A stretch of 64,000 bases of DNA from Macrostomum lignano (lineage: Eukaryota), in the NCBI GenBank assembly GCA_002269645.1, contig NIVC01003620.1, positions 1 to 64,000 on the forward strand, read 5' to 3'. Under the pieces are notes generated by a model. It had not been told where the DNA came from and did no database searches. It was given only the letters and a program-made list of their open reading frames with translations. The first letter of the stretch is position 1; each line of letters opens with the position of its first letter. This document shows positions 37,241 to 50,997 of this stretch, piece by piece. The position numbers and the translations under genes were made by a program.

Positions 37241-39097
37241 GAGCGGGTTCCAGCTTGTTTGAGAGCGGGTTCCAGCTGGTTTGAGAGCGGGTTCCAGCTT
37301 GTTTGAGAGCGGGTTCCAGCTGGTTTGAGAGCGGGTTCCAGCTGGTTTGAGAGCGGGTTCCAGCTTGTTTGAGAGCGGGTTCCAGCTTGTTTGAGAGCGG
37401 GTTCCAGCTTGTTTGAGAGCGGGTTCCAGCTGGTTTGAGAGCGGGTTCCAGCTTGTTTGAGAGCGGGTTCCAGCTTGTTTGAGAGCGGGTTCCAGCTGGT
37501 TTGAGAGCGGGTTCCAGCTTGTTTGAGAGCGGGTTCCAGCTGGTTTGAGAGCGGGTTCCAGCTTGTTTGAGAGCGGGTTCCAGCTTGTTTGAGAGCGGGT
37601 TCCAGCTGGTTTGAGAGCGGGTTCCAGCTGGTTTGAGAGCGGGTTCCAGCTTGTTTGAGAGCGGGTTCCAGCTGGTTTGAGAGCGGGTTCCAGCTTGTTT
37701 GAGAGCGGGTTCCAGCTGGTTTGAGAGCGGGTTCCAGCTTGTTTGAGAGCGGGTTCCAGCTGGTTTGAGAGCGGGTTCCAGCTTGTTTGAGAGCGGGTTC
37801 CAGCTGGTTTGAGAGCGGGTTCCAGCTGGTTTGAGAGCGGGTTCCAGCTTGTTTGAGAGCGGGTTCCAGCTTGTTTGAGAGCGGGTTCCAGCTTGTTTGA
37901 GAGCGGGTTCCAGCTGGTTTGAGAGCGGGTTCCAGCTTGTTTGAGAGCGGGTTCCAGCTTGTTTGAGAGCGGGTTCCAGCTTGTTTGAGAGCGGGTTCCA
38001 GCTGGTTTGAGAGCGGGTTCCAGCTTGTTTGAGAGCGGGTTCCAGCTTGTTTGAGAGCGGGTTCCAGCTTGTTTGAGAGCGGGTTCCAGCTTGTTTGAGA
38101 GCGGGTTCCAGCTGGTTTGAGAGCGGGTTCCAGCTTGTTTGAGAGCGGGTTCCAGCTGATTTGAGAGCGGGTTCCAGCTTGTTTGAGAGCGGGTTCCAGC
38201 TTGTTTGAGAGCGGGTTCCAGCTTGTTTGAGAGCGGGTTCCAGCTGGTTTGAGAGCGGGTTCCAGCTTGTTTGAGAGCGGGTTCCAGCTGGTTTGAGAGC
38301 GGGTTCCAGCTGGTTTGAGAGCGGGTTCCAGCTTGTTTGAGAGCGGGTTCCAGCTTGTTTGAGAGCGGGTTCCAGCTGGTTTGAGAGCGGGTTCCAGTTG
38401 GTTTGAGAGCGGGTTCCAGCTGGTTTGAGAGCGGGTTCCAGTTGGTTTGAGAGCGGGTTCCAGCTGGTTTGAGAGCGGGTTCCAGTTGGTTTGAGAGCGG
38501 GTTCCAGCTGATTTGAGAGCGGGTTCCAGCTTGTTTGAGAGCGGGTTCCAGCTTGTTTGAGAGCGGGTTCCAGCTTGTTTGAGAGCGGGTTCCAGCTTGT
38601 TTGAGAGCGGGTTCCAGCTTGTTTGAGAACGGGTTCCAGCTTGTTTGAGAGCGGGTTCCAGCTGGTTTGAGAGCGGGTTCCAGCTGGTTTGAGAGCGGGT
38701 TCCAGCTTGTTTGAGAGCGGGTTCCAGCTTGTTTGAGAGCGGGTTCCAGCTGGTTTGAGAGCGGGTTCCAGTTGGTTTGAGAGCGGGTTCCAGCTGGTTT
38801 GAGAGCGGGTTCCAGTTGGTTTGAGAGCGGGTTCCAGCTGATTTGAGAGCGGGTTCCAGCTTGTTTGAGAGCGGGTTCCAGCTTGTTTGAGAGCGGGTTC
38901 CAGCTTGTTTGAGAGCGGGTTCCAGCTTGTTTGAGAGCGGGTTCCAGCTTGTTTGAGAACGGGTTCCAGCTTGTTTGAGAGCGGGTTCCAGCTGGTTTGA
39001 GAGCGGGTTCCAGTTGGTTTGAGAGCGGGTTCCAGCTGATTTGAGAGCGGGTTCCAGCTTGTTTGAGAGCGGGTTCCAGCTGGTTTGAGAGCGGGTT
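37221..39097. repeat. 22-bp minisatellite (GAGAGCGGGTTCCAGCTTGTTT)
   Basis: About 85 copies beginning inside the last codons of the final Tudor exon ORF. Confidence 0.97.
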
Positions 39098-39846
39098 TTT
39101 AAGTGGCTTGAGAGCGGTTCTTTATTCGATTTTGTTTAGCTAAAATGTTGGTGTTGCTTGTTTTATGCGATCTCGTTGTTTTAATACTACTTATTAGTAG
39201 CTTGCAGGGTGTCCTAGGCCTAGCAAATACTAGAATTAAAGAATGCCTATTAAATTTCAGCAGTGCCAATGGGGTAAATTATGTTGTTTCCTTTTACATA
39301 TTACTAATTAGATGACACGCAAACACCCTGCCAGCTTACTATTGGTGTCTTAATCTATCTTGGAGGTGATAAAGAGAAATTTAAGAAAGCAACGTTACTA
39401 CTGTCCTGCCCTGTCATTGAGTAGTATTTTTAAGGATATACGTTATTCTCGTCAATTCTGTATGATAATAATAATTTTAGTATTATAAAAATTCTGAAGT
39501 AACCCACTGATCGAAGGCATTTCATGTTTCGTTTTCAATTTCAACTAACTTTCTGTTAATCTTGAACTTTAGTGATCCATCTTTGCTTATAATAAGCAGC
39601 CTTGTACCAAATTAATTACGCTTAACACATGACTACTGTGAGTACTTGTATGGGATATTATAGCTTATAATTTTCAAATACTATTTTTGTGGCCTCGTCC
39701 ATCTGTTGAGTCTGATCTATAAATAAACCTGGTATCAGCTGAGCGGGCACCGCGCCTGCGTGCCTCAGCAAGCATTTGTTCAAATTTATATTTCCTGCAT
39801 TCACTTCACAAATACAGATTCTCATTGACATTGAAATTTTCATTTA

Positions 39847-42648
39847 TAATGCTCTAGCCAGTCACACCTGATAATGATCAAGCCAGTCACACCTGATAAT
39901 GCTCAAGCCAGTCACACCTGATAATGCTCAAGCCAGTCACACCTGATAATGGTCACACCTGATAATGATCAAGCCAGTCACACCTGATAATGATCAAGAC
40001 AGTCACACCTGATAATGATCAAGCCAGTCACACCTGATAATGCTCAAGCCAGTCACACCCGATAATGATCAAGCCAGTCACACCTGATAATGTCGATATC
40101 AAGCCAGTCACACCTGATAATGATCAAGCCAGTCACACCTGATAATGATCAAGCCAGTCACACCTGATAATGCTCAAGCCAGTCACACCTGATAATGATC
40201 AAGCGAGTCACACCTGATAATGTCGATATCAAGCCAGTCACACCTGATAATGATCAAGCCAGTCACACCTGATAATGCTCAAGCCAGTCACACCCGATAA
40301 TGATCAAGCCAGTCACACCTGATAATGTCGATATCAAGCCAGTCACACCTGATAATGATCAAGCCAGTCACACCTGATAATGATCAATCCAGTCACACCT
40401 GATAATGATCAAGCCAGTCACACCTGATAATGATCAAGCCAGTCACACCTGATAATGATCAAGCCAGTCACACCTGATAATGTCGATATCAAGCCAGTCA
40501 CACCTGATAATGCTCAAGCCAGTCACACCTGATAATGATCAAGCCAGTCACACCTGATAATGATCAAGCCAGTCACACCTGATAATGATCAAGGCAGTCA
40601 CACCTGATAATGATCAAGGCAGTCACACCCGATAATGATCAAGCCAGTCACACCTGATAATGATCAAGCCAGTCACACCTGATAATGATCAAGCCAGTCA
40701 CACCTGATAATGTCGATATCAAGCCAGTCACACCTGATAATGATCAAGCCAGTCACACCTGATAATGATTAAGCCAGTCACACCTGATAATGATCAAGCC
40801 AGTCACACCTGATAATGATCAAGCCAGTCACACCTGATAATGATCAAGCCAGTCACACCTGATAATGTCGATATCAAGCCAGTCACACCTGATAATGATC
40901 AAGCCAGTCACACCTGATGATGATCAAGCCAGTCACACCTGATAATGATCAAGCCAGTCACACCTGATGATGATCAAGCCAGTCACACCTGATAATGATC
41001 AAGCCAGTCACACCTGATAATGATCAAGCCAGTCACACCTGATAATGTCGATATCAAGCCAGTCACACCTGATAATGATCAAGCCAGTCACACCTGATGA
41101 TGATCAAGCCAGTCACACCTGATAATGATCAAGCCAGTCACACCTGATGATGATCAAGCCAGTCACACCTGATAATGATCAAGCCAGTCACACCTGATGA
41201 TGATCAAGCCAGTCACACCTGATAATGATCAAGCCAGTCACACCTGATAATGATCAAGCCAGTCACACCTGATAATGATCAAGCCAGTCACACCTGATAA
41301 TGATTAAGCCAGTCACACCTGATAATGATCAAGCCAGTCACACCTGATAATGATTAAGCCAGTCACACCTGATAATGATCAAGCCAGTCACACCTGATAA
41401 TGATCAAGCCAGTCACACCTGATAATGTCGATATCAAGCCAGTCACACCTGATAATGATCAAGCCAGTCACACCTGATGATGATCAAGCCAGTCACACCT
41501 GATAATGATCAAGCCAGTCACACCTGATGATGATCAAGCCAGTCACACCTGATAATGATCAAGCCAGTCACACCTGATAATGATCAAGCCAGTCACACCT
41601 GATAATGTCGATATCAAGCCAGTCACACCTGATAATGATCAAGCCAGTCACACCTGATGATGATCAAGCCAGTCACACCTGATAATGATCAAGCCAGTCA
41701 CACCTGATGATGATCAAGCCAGTCACACCTGATAATGATCAAGCCAGTCACACCTGATGATGATCAAGCCAGTCACACCTGATAATGATCAAGCCAGTCA
41801 CACCTGATAATGATCAAGCCAGTCACACCTGATAATGTCGATATCAAGCCAGTCACACCTGATAATGATCAAGCCAGTCACACCTGATAATGATCAAGCC
41901 AGTCACACCTGATAATGTCGATATCAAGCCAGTCACACCTGATAATGATCAAGCCAGTCACACCTGATGATGATCAAGCCAGTCACACCTGATAATGATC
42001 AAGCCAGTCACACCTGATGATGATCAAGCCAGTCACACCTGATAATGATCAAGCCAGTCACACCTGATGATGATCAAGCCAGTCACACCTGATAATGATC
42101 AAGCCAGTCACACCTGATAATGATCAAGCCAGTCACACCTGATAATGTCGATATCAAGCCAGTCACACCTGATAATGATCAAGCCAGTCACACCTGATAA
42201 TGATCAAGCCAGTCACACCTGATAATGTCGATATCAAGCCAGTCACACCTGATAATGATCAAGCCAGTCACACCTGATGATGATCAAGCCAGTCACACCT
42301 GATAATGATCAAGCCAGTCACACCTGATGATGATCAAGCCAGTCACACCTGATAATGATCAAGCCAGTCACACCTGATAATGATCAAGCCAGTCACACCT
42401 GATAATGTCGATATCAAGCCAGTCACACCTGATAATGATCAAGCCAGTCACACCTGATAATGATCAAGCCAGTCACACCTGATAATGTCGATATCAAGCC
42501 AGTCACACCTGATAATGATCAAGCCAGTCACACCTGATAATGATCAAGCCAGTCACACCTGATAATGTCGATATCAAGCCAGTCACACCTGATAATGATC
42601 AAGCCAGTCACACCTGATAATGATCAAGCCAGTCACACCTGATAATGA
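39847..42648. repeat. 25-bp satellite (TGATCAAGCCAGTCACACCTGATAA) with 30-bp TGTCGATATC variant
   Basis: About 110 copies. Confidence 0.97.
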
Positions 42649-42881
42649 TGGAAATTGTTTAAATATTCCCCTTTTAATTAATGAGTTAGTAGGCACGATT
42701 TCTTAATGTATGTTTGTTGCTGAAGATCATTTTGATGTGGAGCATTAATATAAACAACACTCAAAAATATTAAATCATTTTTAAACATTTTAAAGTATAC
42801 AATCTGTTATAGTACGATTACACGTAAATCTCCAGTGTGAAAATTTATTCATGTACGAGTATGAAGAAAATTTGAAAAAAC

Positions 42882-42946
42882 AAGCCAGGATTTGAATCTG
42901 GAATCTTCTGATCCGTGGTAGTCATCCGCGTTATCCATTGCGCCAC
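42882..42946 (-). pseudogene. tRNA-Arg(ACG)-derived relic
   Basis: Minus strand GTGGCGCAATGGATAACGCGGATGACTACCACGGATCAGAAGATTCCAGATTCAAATCCTGGCTT matches the conserved eukaryotic tRNA-Arg-ACG body as recalled, with a 3-nt anticodon-loop insertion, a damaged T-loop and no acceptor stem. Confidence 0.8.
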
Positions 42947-43244
42947 ATTTTCTTAAATGTGGATACATAAATGTATCAAGCAATCTTGTTTAAACGCCCT
43001 GTTGTCTGTTATGGAAGTTATGGAAGTTATCTGTTATGGAAGTTATCTGTTATGGAAGTTATGGAAGCTAGTTATTCTTGTGGTAACTACAAACTGAGTA
43101 GAGCTTGGAGTTTCCCAGGATTGCTCTTAGCAGAGTAGCTCAACAGTAAACGCATCGAAGAATCTCGGCCCAAGGTAAATCCCTTTCAAATATTTAAATT
43201 TTTATTACGATTTTGAGCAGTTTCGATTCGTTTGCTAATTAGTG

Positions 43245-43328
43245 AGTCAGTTAGTTAGTTTGTTTGTTTGTTAGTCAGTTAGTTAGTTAGTTTGTTAGTC
43301 AGTTAGTTAGTTAGTTAGTTAGTTAGTC

Positions 43329-43379
<51 letters not shown>

Positions 43380-43384
43380 CGGTC

Positions 43385-43419
<35 letters not shown>

Positions 43420-43432
43420 GAGTTAGTTAGTT
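43245..43432. repeat. (GTTA)n microsatellite, left flank of LINE
   Basis: GTTA tandem array. Confidence 0.95.
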
Positions 43433-43436
43433 ACTT

Positions 43437-46400
43437 GCGAAAGGTCGTTTTCGCAAGTCCGCAAGTTTGCTTGACCCGGCCCCTATCCAATCGGTTCTGC
43501 CTGGTGGCGCAGGAGACCGTGAGGCCCAACAAGTCCGGGCCCCAGCTGTACCAGGAAGCGCGTTTAGAATTGCCACCTTCAACTGTCGCACTCTCAAACC
43601 TGCTTGGAGGAGGGGGATGCTGGCGCAGCTAGCATCCGATCTGCAGCTGGACATTGTGATGCTGCAGTAAGTTTCAATTGTGACGCAGGACGGCCTCCAA
43701 CGTGAGGATCTCGGTGCCGGCTGGACCCTGTTTTTCACCTCAGCGGACAGTCGAGGACGTGGAGGAGTCGGCGCTCTAGTCGGACCGCGGCTGCAGCAGA
43801 GTGTCTGCTGTGTCCCCGTGTCACCTCGGCTTTTGCGTGTGGATGTGAGACTGCGAGGCCGTAACGCCCGGCTGTTCTGCGCGTATGCACCGACAGCTGC
43901 CCATCAGCATGAGGCGCAGGAGTTCTTTGATTTCCTGTCAGAGCAGCTCGAGACGGTCGCAATGCGTGACACTCTGGCGGTGCTTGGCGATCTCAACGCT
44001 GTCGCGGAGAGGTCCCAGCGCTCCCTGTTCGTGTCCCCGCGCCAGAATGGCAACTCTAGTGCGCTTGCGGACCTTATGTCGCGGCAAGATCTGGTGTCGG
44101 CGAACACGCGCTTCCGCAAGCCAGCTTTTCGTTTGGCGACTTTTGCTGGTTGTAAGCGAAGAAAGCGGAACGCGCGCCGAAACGCCACGACGCGCCGGGC
44201 CCAGCTCGACCACATTCTTGTTCGTAACCGCGAGCGCAGTCGGGTGACAGACTGCGACACGATGGCCCCGCTGTCCATCCGATCCGACCACCGCCTGCTT
44301 TTCTGCAACCTTCGCATCCGGGATCCGCTGTACAGGCCGCCCAAGCAACCCCCACGCCGCTATTTCCGGGCTCTGCGAGATTCTAGCACCCGCGGCAGGT
44401 TCGCGTACGCGTTCGCCACCGCACTGGGAGAGTCTGCGAGCACCGGTAACTACTCTGAAATTAGCGCGGCAGTAGCGACGGCAGCGAGCAAAACTCTGCC
44501 ACTGATGAAATCTGCAGCCCGTAGTCTCCCTGTCTGGGCGGATGACAAGGAGGTTCAAGAGGCGAGGCGGACAGTCGAGAGGCTGCGACGGTCCAGGAGA
44601 CCGACGGCAGAGGCCGAGAAAGCCCTGTCAGACGTTTATGTCAGGCGGCAGCAAGCCGCTGTTGACGATGCCATCCGAAGCGTCACCTCCGCAGGGCTCG
44701 ACCAACGGAATCGGCTCGTATGGCCGACAATCAACGCCTTGACAAGAAGAAAAAAGCACCGCAAGAAAAAAGCACCGCAAGAAGAAAACGGTGCTAAACT
44801 TGACCGGCGACACGCCAGAAGCGCGCAGAAATGAGCTACGCGACTTCTTCGCCGATATCGTCAACGCGCCGCCACCGCCTCTGCCAGAAGTGATGCCACT
44901 GCCGCTCGAGACGGCGCTGCCGTCGCAGGAAGATTTCAACACCCAGCCAGTGACCAGCAACGACGTTGTGCAGTTCACTCGCCAGGCGCCGGGAGGTCGC
45001 GCCCCGGGACCGGACGAGGTGCCTATCGAGGTGCTGCGAGTCACAAGGGTCGCCATTGAAGTGGCTCGTGTGATTAACGGTGTCCTTTCTGGAGATGCCG
45101 CGCCCCGCGAGTGGACAACCGAGCACATCGTCGCGATCCCGAAGAAGCCAGGCACGACACGGAAGGAGGAGCACAGGGGGATCTCGCTTATGTCCTGCGC
45201 CGCGAAGCTGTTCAACCGGGTGCTGCTGGCTCGGTTACAGCCTGTGCTGGACCAGTTCCTGCGAACTGAGCAGAACGGGTTCCGCCCACATCGCGGCACA
45301 GTGACGCAGATCCTAGCCCTCCGCCGCATCATCGAGGAGGCGCGCATCCATCAGTCAAGTCTCGTGGTGATCTTCATTGATTTCCTCAAGGCCTTCGACT
45401 CGCTGGCTCGCGGCGCGCTGCCTCTCGTGCTTCGTGCGTACAATGTACCGGAGCAACTGATTTCCGCCATCATGGCGAAGTACCAGGACACGACCGCTTC
45501 GGTGATGACGCCAGATGGACTGTCAGACCAATTCAGCACGTCGTCAGGCGTGCTGCAGGGTGACACTTTGGCGCCTTTTCTGTTTGTGCTGGCACTGGAC
45601 TGGGTGCTGAGAACCGGCCTGCCCAACCTGGATGACGGCTTCCTTTTGAGAAGACGCACGAGTCGGCGGCACCTGGAGAAGCGGCTCTCCGTTCTCGGCT
45701 ACGCGGACAACCTCGCGCTACTTTCATCGACGGCTGAAGGTGCCCAACGGCTGCTTGATGGCCTGACGGCGGCAGCGTCGCGGGTCGGCCTTAAGCTGAA
45801 CGCGCGGAAGACGGTAGTGTTCACGGTGCCCTCCGACTTGCCGGCCGAGATCAATTACCGAGACGCTGCCGGGAATGCATTTATGCTTACCCGCTGCGAG
45901 CGCTTTGTGTACCTCGGCGGTTCCGTGCCGGACGTTGCCGACGACCTGAAGAGACGACGAGGACTGGCCTGGGCCGCATTTCGATCTGTGCGCTCCGTGC
46001 TCCAATCTGAGGCCCTGGACGACGGGCTCAAGGCTCGGCTGTTTCAGGCAGTCGTCGAGACTGTCCTGTTGTACAACGCCGAGACTTGGACCCTGACGGA
46101 CGCCTTGGAGAGGCAGCTGGACGCTGCGCATGCGGCAATGCTGCGTGCGGCTTTCGGAGTGCGCAGCGGCCCAGGCAGCGAGACCAATGCCGCGCTCTAC
46201 ACGAGGGCGCGCCTGACGCGGCCTTCTGACCTGCTGCGCGGGCGGCGACTTCGACTGGCTGGCCACGTCATCCGGTCGGAGGCCCGCTGTCCTGAGCCGC
46301 TACACGACGTGCTGCTGCTCAAGCTGCAGGGACCGCGGAGGCGAGGCCAAGGGCGAACGGTGCGATACCCTGACCGACTTCTGAGTGACGCTGGCGCCCC

Positions 46401-46522
46401 GGACCAAGCAGGGGGATGCGACTTCCTGAGGGCAATGGCCCAGAGACGCGCTTTCTGACTGCTCCCCCTTTCTGGCTACTGCGTGGCCGGCGGGAGCAGT
46501 ACCTTGTTGTTGTTGTTGTTGT
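43437..46522 (+). mobile_element. RTE-clade non-LTR retrotransposon (APE endonuclease + RT), 5'-truncated and inactivated
   Basis: APE motifs RIATFNCRTL, VLGDLNA, QLDHILV, SDHR. RT motifs IPKKPG, RGISLMS, EQNGFRP, FIDFLKAFDS, GVLQGDTLAPFLF, GYADN. In-frame TAA at 43668-70; 16-bp duplication at 44747-44778 causes a frameshift; 3' stem ACTGCTCCC/GGGAGCAGT (46458-46500); (TTG)n tail 46504-46522. Confidence 0.95.
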
Positions 46523-47275
<753 letters not shown>

Positions 47276-48043
47276 ATTACTTAGCACACGCACACAGGGT
47301 GTCCAGTTAAATCCTGGACTTGTCGCGAGAGTCATGCGGTCAGAACACCGAAAACGATCGATCGGGTGTAGCAAATCTCTATAATTGAGTCGAATGCAGT
47401 CTGTCGATTCATGTGCTATCGCGTTGAGACTTGGAGTGCCCAAGCACTGTTTGACAATTGCAGCTGATGGTATTCGAAGTAGTGTATAGGGTATTAAAGA
47501 AAGCATCTGCAGACTCTGTTGGGCCACCTAGTGACGTGCAGAGTCCGAATATAATCTCTATTATTAACGGCAAAGGCAATAAAACCGTCTCTGCCCTCAC
47601 CTGGCCCGGCAATAAATAATCCGCCTCAATTGTTGGATTCAACCCGGCGCTGCCCCAGGCAGACAGGCAGGCAGCCGGCGCTGACTACTTTCTACTGAGG
47701 ATCCGATAACTTGGCGATGCCTATCAGTCAGATTAAATAAAAAGCTGAAAATAACAAAATTGCTTTTTGTCTAAGCTGAACCTCGACTGTCTGGAATTAT
47801 GTTTAGTAGACTCAACTATGCTCAAGTGCCTGTGCACTTGAATCACTCTCTGGTGGGTTCTGCTTTGGTGCTCCGGCACTTTTTGCAGTAATTTTATTAG
47901 TTTTTTAATTCCACCCGAATAATAATAAACATTTTATTGCCTTGTAAAAACATTATAAATACAGCAGAGCAACAGCAGCCAGATGTTAGCTGGCAAGACT
48001 CCGATTCCTACTACCGATATAAACGAATTTGTTTGAACAAATC

Positions 48044-49121
<1,078 letters not shown>

Positions 49122-49634
49122 TGACACATCGCCCTGGCGAATGACTTTTTTCGGACAGAATTGTTTGTGCACATTGGCCAATCCTTTTTAAATCGTATCA
49201 TCTAATTTAAAAATCATTTTTAATTAAATCATTTATTCAGCTATAAGGTTGAGCTCTGCACAGTGGAGTAGGGCGACCGCAATTACCAATATTACCTATA
49301 TAACCAATTTGCATACATCTATTCGAGACGCAGCACTTCTCACTGTGATTAGTGTTTTAAGAACTGTTAACCCTAACTTAATAAAACCTGTTTGCTAAAT
49401 CAAAAAATATTATGAAATTAAGATTTTTTATTGACTTCATTTTGTTTCAATTGATTTAGCGATGTTCCAGCCTATCACAGAGAACTGAAAAGCTTCTTTA
49501 TTGTGCATTTTGGTAATTGCTTCAGCTTGCATTTGGGACACTAAATCAGCCTCACCTGTCACTGGACACTAATTTATTATCCTTCACCTGTCACGGGAGA
49601 CATTATTATTAACCTTCACCTGTCACGGGACACT

Positions 49635-50014
<380 letters not shown>

Positions 50015-50997
50015 TTATTATCTTCACTTGTTAATAACTAAACCCCAGAATAAATGCTAAAAGCAACAAAAAGTTAAATGAATGAAATCTAATAAAATAT
50101 CGATCCATTTATTTGAATAAAATAACAAAACATACCACTTGAAGTCTACAAGAAAGTAAAATATGGCTATTAAATTTTCGTACAACAAATCACGAATCCG
50201 TAGAATACACTCGAATAACGGACGGAAAAGTTTGGAAAGCATGAATTTCGTTGGGATATAATTTGAGCAGAGGGATTGGTACGTTTTTGACATCAAATTT
50301 ATGTATGCGATGCACTATAGCATGCAAGTTCATGCAATTTCAATGCGTGCGTGAGCTGAGGTTTCAAGATTTATTTTCAGAATTTCCTAGAAATCGCGCC
50401 TTGGAAAACTGATTTCGTAAAAATGAAGTAAAAATTTTATAAGCATTAAATTAGATCACCCCGTATGTACATCGCCAGTTAACGTGAAAGGCACGCGGTG
50501 ATGTATTTTAGGACAAGGCAATTTTTCATTAAGTAAAGCGCACGTGTAAGCAAATAGGATTAACCAGCGGAAGAAGTCCAGCAGAAAGCGAAGCGAAGAC
50601 TAATTTTGACTATGAACAATTCTTAAACTGATTTTTTCTCTGGACAATTGATTAGGTCGTCAGTTATGAAGGTATACTGCCAAATAACACACAAAACTTT
50701 CTAAGCAATTATTAGAGCACTAAATGAACCAGGGGGCCAGTAAACAGCAACATCAGTTTTTTTACTTTTATTTCTACCCCTCTCACCCACCTCACTCCGC
50801 AGCAGAATTTCTATCCCTCTCTCAGCCAATGGGAGCACGACCATGATTTGTCAAGCCGCCACCCACCTCACTTGATCCCTGCATTCATTCTAATTGGCTG
50901 GCTGTTCGGTAGCCAATGGGCAAAGAGCTCTTGGAAATCGATCTACTGGAGGCCGCAGACTTAAAGGGACTAATTAAACAGGATTCGTTAAAGCTGC

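Noticed and set aside
39658-39843. 61-aa minus-strand ORF
   Set aside because: No recognisable motif or linked exons
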